Notes: generated by a model from the letters alone, not told the origin. A stretch of DNA of 64,000 bases from Syntrophales bacterium (GCA_023230565.1 JALNXD010000016.1:973-64972), one strand, 5' to 3'; positions 54,186 through 63,981 are shown, counted from the stretch's first letter. Made by a program: numbers and translations.

Positions 54186-56459
54186 GTGGACATGAATACC
54201 GAAGTACATCAATCACAAGCAATTAATCTATTTACGTTTATACGTGAATTCGCACAGCTTAATCAAAAGCCTGTTGAAACACTTGACTCATATATCAAAA
54301 CCTTTTGGTTGGATCAGATACCGCATGAACCGGAGTGCAGCTGTGCGGCATGGGATGGCCAAGATGAGCATGACAATGAGATGACAATAGAGAATTGGCT
54401 TTCTATAGAGCGTCCTGAACGTCCTGATTTACCAAATGCACCAGAAACAACAGAACCTTGGATAAACAAAATTCAATGGGAAGACTCTTCAGTTGAATAT
54501 CCAGAGCTATATTCAAAAATTTTAAATCCGCAATGGGATATAAAAAGTTCTGAAGATGTACCTAAATTTTTGGAGCTGCAAGATTATCCTCACGTCAAAG
54601 AGACATGGGACAATTATATTGAGGACGCGTGGTGGCCGTGGGCGGAGAAAGATCGTGTCAAAGTACATGTGCAAGAATGTTATGATGCGCTATTCAGTTT
54701 GCACCGGACACAGCTTACAATGGGTGAGCAGTATGAGTTTTTGCTTGCCTCTGGATGTCTCCACTGGACTACGCCATCTGGAAGAAAAATAAAGCGACAT
54801 CTGTTGACGTTGCCGATTACCATTGAATTCGACTCTGTTAATGCAATCGTGTCAGTAAAATCGGCCGAAAGTACTGCAGAAGTCCAACTCGAAAGTGACA
54901 TGCTCGGGATAAATGAGCAACCAGGCATAGACATAGCAAATGATTCAGAAATAAGACGTGCGATGCTTGGGGGTAACCTGTTCCATCCAGATGCAAAGAC
55001 ATTATTAACGGCCTGGGTACAGGGACTAAGTTCAGAGGGAACGTTTAAAGATATCTTTTCCGAGGTGCAGGGTACATCGTCATCAAAGCCAGAAGTCTGG
55101 TTTGCGCCTGCACTGATCGTGCGTCGAAGGACCCAAAGAAACCTCATAGCGGCATGCGATGCAATCATCAAGAATCTTCAGACTAATGGTGCTGATATTC
55201 CCCAAGGAATTCGAAAGATCATTGGCGAACTCGGAGTGGATACCAATTCATTTTCTGATTATGACGATAACGAAGGTAATGAACGAAGTTATGTCGATGT
55301 GGGTGATGGGGAGATTTATTTTCCCCTCGATTACAACGATGATCAGAAGAGGATTTTACAAACGCTCAACAACCAGGCCGGTGTGCTCGTGCAAGGCCCC
55401 CCAGGTACAGGCAAGTCTCAGACCATCGCTAACCTTATCTGCCACCTATTGGCAACAGGTAAACGCATCCTGGTGACAAGCCAAAAAGCCCCAGCATTAC
55501 GTGTTTTAAAAAATAAGCTCGGGGAATATGCCCCCGATGTTGCAAACATGTGCGTTATGGTACTTGGAGAAGGCAATGATGAACAGCAGGAGTTGCGGCG
55601 TTCGGTTACGGAGATTGTAAACCGCTATTCGAATTGGTCGGATCGGCATTCACAAAAGAAGATCCAGGAATTTCGAACAACACTTCGAAAAGCACGAGAG
55701 TCGGAGGCCAAAGCCATCGAGAATCTATGTGCACTTCGTCAGAAAGAAACAGAAAATTTCCCCTTCGGCAACTACACAGGAACTCTGGAGCAAATTGCTC
55801 GTCAAATCCGCGACGAAGAAAGTCGTTTTACATGGTTCCGTGATCGGCTTCCCGGGGACTGCTCGCTGCTTGATGCACCTTTACCGCCCTTACCGATAGT
55901 GGATGAGTGGCTTACAAAAATCCTCTCCTTTTTGAGGGAAATCTCTACAGACGAAGAAGAGCGCTGTAGCAAACATCTGCTGAATCTCGATCAGGTGGTT
56001 GATCCCGTTGAGTTCTCCCGTATTGTTAAAGAAGAAAAAGTGGCGCTTGATGCTGTTGAAACACAACGGGAGTTTTTATCGGACCAGTGGCAAAAGGGGG
56101 TGGATCAGGCAGACGACAAAATTCTGATATCAATGTTAGGTGAACTTGATGAATATTTAGGGTGCCTCCGTTCATTTTTGAACAATGGAACCAGTTGGTT
56201 AAAACTGGCGGCGCAGGATGTGCTGAGTGGTAATGCGGCTCGATGGCAGGCACTGCATCACAGGAGCCAAGACCTCTTAAATGAAATAAGAGAAAAAACC
56301 ACCGTGTCGGAGATCTCGAAATTTCAGGTATTGAAGTTCGGTCCCAACGAGCAGTCCTGCAGGATGCGCGTGACCTTCGGGCTCATATTGCTCAGCAAGG
56401 TCGCCTTGGATTCTGGATTTTACGCCCTGCCTGTGTCAAACAGGCACTATATCTGCTAA
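54186..56459 (+). CDS. SF1 (Upf1/DNA2-like, DUF4011-type) helicase-nuclease, N-terminal segment up to a frame break
   Basis: Walker A VLVQGPPGTGKSQTIANLI with a DUF4011-like N-region. The last ~45 codons before the stop look non-native. Confidence 0.8.
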   Translation: MDMNTEVHQSQAINLFTFIREFAQLNQKPVETLDSYIKTFWLDQIPHEPECSCAAWDGQDEHDNEMTIENWLSIERPERPDLPNAPETTEPWINKIQWEDSSVEYPELYSKILNPQWDIKSSEDVPKFLELQDYPHVKETWDNYIEDAWWPWAEKDRVKVHVQECYDALFSLHRTQLTMGEQYEFLLASGCLHWTTPSGRKIKRHLLTLPITIEFDSVNAIVSVKSAESTAEVQLESDMLGINEQPGIDIANDSEIRRAMLGGNLFHPDAKTLLTAWVQGLSSEGTFKDIFSEVQGTSSSKPEVWFAPALIVRRRTQRNLIAACDAIIKNLQTNGADIPQGIRKIIGELGVDTNSFSDYDDNEGNERSYVDVGDGEIYFPLDYNDDQKRILQTLNNQAGVLVQGPPGTGKSQTIANLICHLLATGKRILVTSQKAPALRVLKNKLGEYAPDVANMCVMVLGEGNDEQQELRRSVTEIVNRYSNWSDRHSQKKIQEFRTTLRKARESEAKAIENLCALRQKETENFPFGNYTGTLEQIARQIRDEESRFTWFRDRLPGDCSLLDAPLPPLPIVDEWLTKILSFLREISTDEEERCSKHLLNLDQVVDPVEFSRIVKEEKVALDAVETQREFLSDQWQKGVDQADDKILISMLGELDEYLGCLRSFLNNGTSWLKLAAQDVLSGNAARWQALHHRSQDLLNEIREKTTVSEISKFQVLKFGPNEQSCRMRVTFGLILLSKVALDSGFYALPVSNRHYIC

Positions 56460-56509
56460 ACAGTGTAACTGTTGACGGTCGTAAGTGCGATAAGCAGGAG
56501 ACACTGGAG

Positions 56510-59200
56510 ATGCTGATCGATTGGCTGGAGCTTTCGCAGGCAATTAGGCAACTTGATGAACAGTGGGCAGCGGTGATGAATCCAAAACAGGACAATATTC
56601 CCCTCAATCAGCAGATCAGCGGCTACAAACATGCTCATTTAAAGCTGGATGCCGTCTTTGAACTTCGAACATTGTCCCACCGCCTTGATGAAAGCCTCAA
56701 ACCCTTGGGTCGTAGTGTTTCGCCTGCATGGCATGAGCAAGGGGAGGTTGAGAAACTTCGAAACATTTTAGAGGCCCAGATTGCACAGAGGCAGCTAAGA
56801 AAAGCGTCACTAATAATTGATAACTTGGAGGATTCCGTTAGATCATCCTGCCTTCATCCTGATGCGGCGCCTGAGAATCATGCTCTCCGCAACGCAATTA
56901 AGGGTCGATTTATTGATGAGTATACAAGGTCCCATTCAGAATTAAAAGGGCTGTGGAACTTGCGGAGGTCGGTTGAAGAGCGTGATCGATGGTATGCGGA
57001 GCTAATGAACAAACTTCCATGCCTGGCTGTGGATCTGAGAGAATCGTACACTGACCCTGAGTGGGATTCACGTCTGGCCGAAGTGACGGATGCCTGGAAT
57101 TGGGTATGTGCCGATGCATGGCTCCATCAGATAACCGATCCTGAAGCAGAAAAACTATTGGATCGCCGAATAAAGCAATGCAGGAAAGAAAGCTCTTTGG
57201 CTCTGTCATCGCTGGCAGCTGAGCTGGCCTGGAAGCATTGCATGAACAGCATGACAGAGGGTCACTTCCAAGGCCTTATGGCATGGCGGAAGGCTATGGA
57301 AAAATTAGGGAAGGGAACAGGCAAATACGTAGAACGCAACAGAAGCATTGCACGTGAACGATTGGAGGAGTGCCGTGGTGCAATCCCTGCCTGGATCATG
57401 CCACTATATAAGGTCTTGGATACGGTTGCTATTGGAAAGGGTATTTTCGATGTAGCAATTATTGATGAGGCAAGTCAGTCGGGAGCAGATGCGTTGTTTC
57501 TAACTTTCCTGGCGAAAAAAATAGTGATTGTCGGGGACGATCAGCAGATCCGGCCGGCAAACGTCGGAATTGACTATAATGACGTTCACCAGCTTCAAAG
57601 TCGTTTCCTGCGTGACATCCCCAAATGGGACATCTTCGATCCAACTGGTAGCCTCTTTAGCATTGCTGAAGTTCGTTTTGGAAACCCCATACGCCTGCGA
57701 GAACATTTCCGCTGCATGCCGGAGATTATCGCATTTTCTAATCGTCTCTGCTATCAGGATCAGCCGCTTATACCATTGCGTCAGTTCGGTAATGATAGAC
57801 TCAAACCGGTTTTATGCACCCATTATATTGAAGGGGGTTATCAGGAGGGACGTAAAACAAACCCCAGAGAAGCAGAGGCGATTTGTGAAGCAATCGTGCG
57901 CTGCTGCGAAGATTCCCTTTACGAGGGCAAGAGTTTTGGTGTGATCAGCTTGCTCCACTCATCTGAACAGGACCGTTTGATCGAACAACTCCTGTTCAAG
58001 CGCCTCGACGCTGAGGAAATAGTAAATCGAAACATAGTATGCGGCGACGCCTATGATTTTCAGGGTGATGAAAGGGATGTCATATTTTTAAGCATGGTAT
58101 CTGCACGAAGTAATAACGGCCGAATTGGTACGATGGCTGATGAAAAAGCAAAACGTCGCTTCAATGTTGCCGTCAGTCGTGCGCGTGATCAAGTCTTTCT
58201 CTTTCACTCGGTTCAAGAGAATGAGTTGGGGCAGAACTGTTACCGTCGCCGATTGCTCGCTCATATGAAACAGCCAGAGCCGGATGTTTCTGTATTGCCT
58301 CCTGAGGTTGATTCTATAACAGATCTTCGACGTATTGCTGAAACTGCTAAAAGAAACTTCGATTCTCCCCCACACCCCTTCGATAGCTGGTTTGAAGTGG
58401 ATGTCTATCTCATTATCGCGGAGCAGGGGTACATGGTAATCCCCCAATATAAAATACATGGGTACCGCATTGACTTGGTTGTTGAGGGTGAACATAGGAA
58501 GCTTGCTGTCGAGTGCGACGGTGACAGATGGCACGGTCTTGAGCGACATGAGGAGGATCTTCGTCGTCAACGGGAATTGGAACGCTGTGGTTGGGAGTTC
58601 TTTCGTGTGCGTGGCAGCAGTTTTTATCGTGATCCCGCAAAAGCCATGCTTCCTCTCTGGGAGATCCTGAGTAGTTCGGAATTCAGTTCCAGGGATGTTG
58701 ATAGTAAGGACCATGAAGAACCCCGGCGGCAGAGAAGTGATGGAGAAGGCTACCCCGAAGAAAGAAAAGAAGAAGCCGTCAATGATGACGCAAAGACAGA
58801 CAGCACAAGTAAAACAGGCACTTCTTCAGAATTTTCTTCGGGCGATGCCAACGAAAGGGATGAAGAAACAACAAAAGGCAGCTCTCTGGAAGCAGGCGAA
58901 CGATCCTATGGGCAACACACAATCGATGATGTTTTGTCAATGTCGAGCAGGCAACTTGGCAGAATCATATGCGATATCTTGGAAAAATGCCCGAATTACT
59001 CCTCAAAAAAAGATGATCTAACCAAGCGGGTCTGTGGTTATTTTGGTGTCCTGACGAGGGGACGGCCACGGCAAAAGCTCGAAAAGAAAATTGGGTGGGC
59101 CATTTCTCATCTCAAGAAGGTCGAAAAAATAGAGGTTTACAGGGCAAAAAATATGCGGGTACGGCTTTTATCTCCACCGAGTCAAGAGAAGTTGTTTTAA
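56510..59200 (+). CDS. Same helicase-nuclease, C-terminal segment: helicase motifs II-VI plus a DUF559/Vsr-like endonuclease domain
   Basis: VAIIDEASQ, VIVGDDQQIRP, GDAYDFQGDERDVIFLSMV, FNVAVSRARDQVFLFHS. The nuclease region is YRIDLVVEGEHRKLAVECDGDRWH...GWEFFRV. This frame is open from 56285. Confidence 0.85.
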   Translation: MLIDWLELSQAIRQLDEQWAAVMNPKQDNIPLNQQISGYKHAHLKLDAVFELRTLSHRLDESLKPLGRSVSPAWHEQGEVEKLRNILEAQIAQRQLRKASLIIDNLEDSVRSSCLHPDAAPENHALRNAIKGRFIDEYTRSHSELKGLWNLRRSVEERDRWYAELMNKLPCLAVDLRESYTDPEWDSRLAEVTDAWNWVCADAWLHQITDPEAEKLLDRRIKQCRKESSLALSSLAAELAWKHCMNSMTEGHFQGLMAWRKAMEKLGKGTGKYVERNRSIARERLEECRGAIPAWIMPLYKVLDTVAIGKGIFDVAIIDEASQSGADALFLTFLAKKIVIVGDDQQIRPANVGIDYNDVHQLQSRFLRDIPKWDIFDPTGSLFSIAEVRFGNPIRLREHFRCMPEIIAFSNRLCYQDQPLIPLRQFGNDRLKPVLCTHYIEGGYQEGRKTNPREAEAICEAIVRCCEDSLYEGKSFGVISLLHSSEQDRLIEQLLFKRLDAEEIVNRNIVCGDAYDFQGDERDVIFLSMVSARSNNGRIGTMADEKAKRRFNVAVSRARDQVFLFHSVQENELGQNCYRRRLLAHMKQPEPDVSVLPPEVDSITDLRRIAETAKRNFDSPPHPFDSWFEVDVYLIIAEQGYMVIPQYKIHGYRIDLVVEGEHRKLAVECDGDRWHGLERHEEDLRRQRELERCGWEFFRVRGSSFYRDPAKAMLPLWEILSSSEFSSRDVDSKDHEEPRRQRSDGEGYPEERKEEAVNDDAKTDSTSKTGTSSEFSSGDANERDEETTKGSSLEAGERSYGQHTIDDVLSMSSRQLGRIICDILEKCPNYSSKKDDLTKRVCGYFGVLTRGRPRQKLEKKIGWAISHLKKVEKIEVYRAKNMRVRLLSPPSQEKLF

Positions 59201-59428
59201 TAAACGAATTCAAGAATATACTTCTGCCAGGTGCTGATTGATGGTCGTAAGGTTTTTAATAGTGAAGAGGCTAAGAAAGCTTTTGGATCAACGCTTAAGA
59301 TTGTCCATGCCTTATATGCTGCACACGGTTTTTGAAATCAAGGCCCAATTCATAGTGCGACGCCGCCTGTTTTTTTATGATATAAGATTCGAACCGCTTT
59401 TTTATGTGATTAAGGAAGAATAGACATA

Positions 59429-60982
59429 ATGAAAAACAACAACGGGAAATCTCTGGAAAACTGGATATGGGATGCTGCATGCAGCATTCGGGGGGCTCAG
59501 GACGCCCCCAAGTATAAGGATTTTATCCTGCCGCTGGTCTTTACCAAGCGGCTCTGTGATGTGTTTGACGACGAGCTGAACCGGATTGCCGAAAAGGTCG
59601 GATCCCGGGCCAAGGCCTTCAAACTGGTGACGCGTGATCAGAAACTGGTCCGCTTTTACCTGCCTCTCGAGCCGAAAAAACCGGACGGTCCGGTCTGGTC
59701 GATCATTCGCACGTTATCCGATGCCATCGGGGAAGGCCTTACCACTTACCTACGGGCCATCGCCAAGGCCAACCCCATGCTGGAAGGAATTATCGATCGG
59801 GTGGATTTCAATGCCACCACGCACGGCCAGCGCGATATCGACGATGACCGCCTGTCCAATCTGATCGAGAAGATCTCCGAAAAACGTCTGGGGTTGAAGG
59901 ATGTGGAGCCGGACATCATAGGCCGCAGCTACGAATACCTCATCCGCAAGTTTGCCGAGGGCGGGGGGCAGTCCGCGGGCGAGTTCTACACGCCCAAAGA
60001 GGTGGGCATGGTCATGGCGAAGATTATGGACCCGGAGCCGGGCATGGCCATCTACGATCCCTGTTGCGGGTCGGCGGGTCTGCTTATCAAGTGCGAACTG
60101 GCGCTTGAAGAGAAAATGGCGCTTCGCAGCAAGGACAAATACGCGCCCCTGCAGCTCTATGGCCAGGAATATATCGGCAATACCTGGGCCATGGCCAACA
60201 TGAATATGATCATCCACGACATGGAAGGTGAAATCGAGATCGGCGACGCCTTTCGCAACCCCAAATTCCGACAGGGCGGGCAGCTTCGGACCTTTGACCG
60301 CGTGACGGCCAATCCCATGTGGAATCAGAACTGGTTCACCGACAAGGATTACGACAACGATGAACTGGGCCGCTTTCCACAGGGCGCAGGGTTCCCCGGC
60401 AAGCAGTCCGCCGACTGGGGGTGGGTCCAGCACATAGCCGCCTCGCTCAACGGGAGCGGCCGGGCGGCGATCGTCCTCGATACCGGCGCCGCCTCGCGCG
60501 GTTCGGGAAATGCCGGCAAGAACAAAGAGAAGGAAGTCCGCAAGTGGTTTGTGGAAAACGACCTTATAGAGGGCGTTGTCTATCTGCCGGAGAACCTCTT
60601 CTACAACACCTCGGCCCCGGGCATCCTGCTCTTTCTCAACCGGAATAAACCCGAAGGGCGGCAGGGGAAGCTCTTCCTGATCAATGCGAGCAGGGTTTTC
60701 GCCAAGGGCGATCCCAAAAACTACCTGCCCGACGACGGGATTGAACGAATCGCTTCGGTTTTTTTGGACTGGAAGGAAGAGGAGAAGTTTAGCCGCATCG
60801 TGGACAAGGCGGAAATTGGCAAGAACGACTATAACATCTCTCCGTCGCGCTATATTCATACAAATGATGCCGAGGAATACCGGCCGATAGCCGAGATAGT
60901 GGCGGAACTGGATGCCCTGGAAACTGATGTGGCGGAAACGAATGCTGCCCTGCGAGCGGTGCTGGATAAGTTGGGGGTGTGA
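59429..60982 (+). CDS. hsdM: Type I R-M N6-adenine DNA methyltransferase (HsdM)
   Basis: HsdM N-domain (LWDAACSIRG-type), motif I DPCCGSAGLL, motif IV ANPMWN. Confidence 0.9.
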   Translation: MKNNNGKSLENWIWDAACSIRGAQDAPKYKDFILPLVFTKRLCDVFDDELNRIAEKVGSRAKAFKLVTRDQKLVRFYLPLEPKKPDGPVWSIIRTLSDAIGEGLTTYLRAIAKANPMLEGIIDRVDFNATTHGQRDIDDDRLSNLIEKISEKRLGLKDVEPDIIGRSYEYLIRKFAEGGGQSAGEFYTPKEVGMVMAKIMDPEPGMAIYDPCCGSAGLLIKCELALEEKMALRSKDKYAPLQLYGQEYIGNTWAMANMNMIIHDMEGEIEIGDAFRNPKFRQGGQLRTFDRVTANPMWNQNWFTDKDYDNDELGRFPQGAGFPGKQSADWGWVQHIAASLNGSGRAAIVLDTGAASRGSGNAGKNKEKEVRKWFVENDLIEGVVYLPENLFYNTSAPGILLFLNRNKPEGRQGKLFLINASRVFAKGDPKNYLPDDGIERIASVFLDWKEEEKFSRIVDKAEIGKNDYNISPSRYIHTNDAEEYRPIAEIVAELDALETDVAETNAALRAVLDKLGV

Positions 60983-60985
60983 TAA

Positions 60986-62308
60986 ATGACGGAATGTAAA
61001 AGTTCACCTGAACTCGCAATGCTGCCATCTGATTGGCCCTGTTTTCAAGTTGATGATATTTTCCATATTCAACAAGGCAAACAGGTGTCCCAAAAAAACC
61101 GACTTGGTGACAATCAAAAGCCATTTTTGAGAACAAAAAATGTGTTGTGGAGGCGACTTGATCTATCTGAGTTGGACCAGATGCATTTCACTGATAATGA
61201 TGAAGAACGGCTCGCTCTCCATAATGGAGACCTTCTTCTCTGTGAAGGCGGGTGGGTTGGTCGAACCGCTATTTGGCGTGACGAAATAGAAAGCTGTTAT
61301 TACCAGAACCATTTGCACCGCCTTCGCGTATCCAATGAAACAGCTGATCCAATGTTTGCCCTTTTTTGGTTCTGGTATGCATTTGAATTTGGGAACATTT
61401 ACTTCGGTCATAAGAATGTAACAACAATCCCTAATATGTCGAAATCGCGATTAGGTGGGCTTCCTATGCCACTTCCACCTCTCTCCGAACAACGCCGCAT
61501 TGCAGCGGTATTGTCGCTGGTACAGAAAGCGATTGAGGAGCAGGAACGGCTGATCGCGTTGACTACCGAACTGAAGAAGACCCTGATGTACAAGCTCTTC
61601 ACCGAGGGCACCCGCGGCGAATCCCAGAAGCAGACCGAAATCGGCCCTATACCGGAGAGTTGGAAGTTGCAGCGTTTACAAAATTTGTGTGACCTTATCG
61701 TAGACTGTCCACACACAACTCCGAGATTTGTTGACTTTGGTGTACGTATTGTTCGCAATTTCAACTTCCGAGATGGGAAATTTATTGCAGAACCTTCTTT
61801 TTACACGACGGAACAAGAATATAAAAATAGAACTAAAAGAGCTATACCAACATCTGGAGATGTTTTATTTAGTAGAGAGGCTCCAATTGGTGAGGCTTGC
61901 GTTATTCCTTCTGACGTGCGCATGAGTTTAGGGCAGCGTACTATGCTTCTGCGACCTAAATGCGACAAACTAGATTCACATTTCCTTGTTTATAGTTTTT
62001 ATTCCAATAATGTTAAAAAATGGATGGTTACTACTGCAGGAGGAATGACTGTCCCTCATTTGAATGTAGCGGATGTTAGACAAATGTTTGTCCCTGTTGC
62101 TCCGCTTGAAGAACAATTTATTATATCAAAATACCTGCTTAGTATTGAGATTAAACTTGAATTATGTGTGAGCATTAAAAATAAATTAAATGATCTATTT
62201 CGAACACTCCTGCACCAACTCATGACAGCTCAAATCCGCGTCAACGACCTCGACCTCGCCGAATTGGGTATTGAGTTGAGCGAAGGACAACAGGAGGTAG
62301 TTTCATAA
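60986..62308 (+). CDS. hsdS: Type I R-M specificity subunit (HsdS), two target-recognition domains
   Basis: Central and C-terminal conserved helices (LPPLSEQRRIAAVL...; LEEQFIISKYL...LLHQLMTAQIRV) flank two low-GC variable domains. Confidence 0.9.
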   Translation: MTECKSSPELAMLPSDWPCFQVDDIFHIQQGKQVSQKNRLGDNQKPFLRTKNVLWRRLDLSELDQMHFTDNDEERLALHNGDLLLCEGGWVGRTAIWRDEIESCYYQNHLHRLRVSNETADPMFALFWFWYAFEFGNIYFGHKNVTTIPNMSKSRLGGLPMPLPPLSEQRRIAAVLSLVQKAIEEQERLIALTTELKKTLMYKLFTEGTRGESQKQTEIGPIPESWKLQRLQNLCDLIVDCPHTTPRFVDFGVRIVRNFNFRDGKFIAEPSFYTTEQEYKNRTKRAIPTSGDVLFSREAPIGEACVIPSDVRMSLGQRTMLLRPKCDKLDSHFLVYSFYSNNVKKWMVTTAGGMTVPHLNVADVRQMFVPVAPLEEQFIISKYLLSIEIKLELCVSIKNKLNDLFRTLLHQLMTAQIRVNDLDLAELGIELSEGQQEVVS

Positions 62309-62332
62309 TCATATCATTGGGGGAGAGATATA

Positions 62333-62782
62333 ATGGAAGCACGTAACAGGGACATGCAAGACTGGTATGGCAAGATAAAGCGTGGAGAGATAAAACTGCC
62401 TAGATTCCAGCGATTCGAGGAGTGGGACAGGCACCGTATTTGCAGTCTTTTGGAAGCAGTGATTCATAACCTTCCCTTGGGAATAACACTGGTGTTGGAA
62501 GTCGGAGATCAGGAGAAGTTTATCTCCCGGTTTCTGGAAACGGCCCCTCAAAACGGCGGACGTGTCTATGAGCAACTGCTTGACGGTCAGCAGCGACTGC
62601 ACTTTGGCGGGCGTTTTACAACAATTACGACTGGGAAACCTACTTCATCTATATCAAGGCGTTCGATAACTACGACAAAGATGAAGACCGCGAAGACATG
62701 TCGGTCTTTTTCCGGGGACGGTATATTAAAAAGAACGGAGAAAAGTATCCGATTTGGTGTGATGATCCGGCGCAATGTTTGA
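62333..62782 (+). CDS. GmrSD-like DUF262 domain, N-terminal segment; native sequence ends at about 62596
   Basis: KLPRFQRFEEW and DGQQR motifs. Everything after DGQQRL looks out of frame. Confidence 0.75.
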   Translation: MEARNRDMQDWYGKIKRGEIKLPRFQRFEEWDRHRICSLLEAVIHNLPLGITLVLEVGDQEKFISRFLETAPQNGGRVYEQLLDGQQRLHFGGRFTTITTGKPTSSISRRSITTTKMKTAKTCRSFSGDGILKRTEKSIRFGVMIRRNV

Positions 62783-63981
62783 AAAGGGGGTTTATCCCCA
62801 CTCATTTACTGAAACCGGAAGATATGCAGAACGAGATCGATGCATGGATCGAAAAAGAAACCACGGCTCTGGAGCCGGAGGACGGCAAGGATGAATTAAA
62901 GGTATTCTACGATTTTAAAAAACGCGTGAGCGACAAGATAAAAGATCTGCGGTCGATTGTTGCCAACTATAACCTTCCGTACCTGTCGCTATCCCCGCAT
63001 ACGGAAAAGAGTGTGGCACTAAGTGTGTTTATCAACATGAACACCAACAGCAAGCCTCTCTCTACCTATGACATCATCGTCGCGGAAGTAGAAAACGTGA
63101 TGGGGCGATCACTACATGACCTGCAGGATGAACTGGATGAGAAAGATCCAAACATCGGAAGATATTCCGAGCTCTCAGACATGATTCTCACTACTTCGGC
63201 ACTCCTGCAGAATGCCCTGCCGAACCAACGAGGCGCCTGGGATATGGATAAACGGATCATGGTGGAAAACTGGGAGGTTATGGAACGTGGCCTAAGCCGG
63301 ATGGCAGAGTTTCTGAAAAATGAGGGAATCTTTGATCGGCAGCGTCTTCCCACCAATGCTGTGCTGGATGTTATTGCCGCTCTTTACGCGGAGATACCGG
63401 AATATGGAGACAAAAGAGGGCAGGATGAGCTTTTATTGAAAAAATACCTTTGGCATTCTTTTTTCACAGATCGCTATGAGAATGCCGCTGCTACTCATGC
63501 CTGCTCGGATTTTGTCGCGCTGAAAAAGGTGATTCGTGCGGAAACCAAGGATAGCGGGGACAGCTACAGCATCGGTGAAGTTCCCATCTTCAAGGAGCAC
63601 GCGCTGGTTGAAAAAGAGGAACTGCTGACCGCCGAATGGCCTAAACGGGCCACTATTCGTGGTCGGGCGATTCTTGCGGTAGCATGCCGTTTGGGAGCGC
63701 AGGACTTCTCAACCGGAGAACGTTTGGATGTCAACAATATTGACCAGCGTCACTACCATCATGTGTACCCCGACGCGTTACTAAAGGAAGCAGAAATCAA
63801 CAGTTTCCTGGCACTGAATTGCGCACTGATCTCGGACAAGACCAATATTTCCATTGGTCGCAAAGATCCATTGGAATACATGAAGGATAGGTACAAATGG
63901 ACATCAGAAGAGATAGTGAGTGAACGGCTTCAATCTCATTTGATACCGATTCACGAGTTGGCTAATGGAGGATTGACGTAA
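62698..63981 (+). CDS. Remainder of the GmrSD-like protein (rest of DUF262 plus the DUF1524 His-Me nuclease domain)
   Basis: From 62596 this frame reads TALWRAFYNNYDWETYF..., continuing the DGQQR motif. The C-terminus HYHHVYPDALL...NCALISDKTNISIG is the DUF1524 signature. Confidence 0.8.
   Translation: MSVFFRGRYIKKNGEKYPIWCDDPAQCLKRGFIPTHLLKPEDMQNEIDAWIEKETTALEPEDGKDELKVFYDFKKRVSDKIKDLRSIVANYNLPYLSLSPHTEKSVALSVFINMNTNSKPLSTYDIIVAEVENVMGRSLHDLQDELDEKDPNIGRYSELSDMILTTSALLQNALPNQRGAWDMDKRIMVENWEVMERGLSRMAEFLKNEGIFDRQRLPTNAVLDVIAALYAEIPEYGDKRGQDELLLKKYLWHSFFTDRYENAAATHACSDFVALKKVIRAETKDSGDSYSIGEVPIFKEHALVEKEELLTAEWPKRATIRGRAILAVACRLGAQDFSTGERLDVNNIDQRHYHHVYPDALLKEAEINSFLALNCALISDKTNISIGRKDPLEYMKDRYKWTSEEIVSERLQSHLIPIHELANGGLT

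Noticed and set aside
56290-56300. Programmed -1 ribosomal frameshift at the A6 run of the helicase-nuclease
   Set aside because: In the zero frame the codons are GAA AAA ACC. This does not give an X XXY YYZ heptamer, and I saw no obvious downstream stimulatory hairpin. A sequencing error or a mutation is the simpler explanation.
59230-59423. Small ORFs between the helicase-nuclease and hsdM (61-aa track ORF; alternative 33-aa frame ending ...LKIVHALYAAHGF)
   Set aside because: They have no RBS and no recognisable motif, and the two candidate frames conflict. They may be a gene remnant, but I cannot support a call.
2-62308. The hsdR at the left edge and hsdM-hsdS at the right edge being one split type I system
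   Set aside because: They are 56 kb apart and in different genomic contexts (backbone versus integrative element). The island locus is arranged so that its own hsdR is expected just beyond the window.
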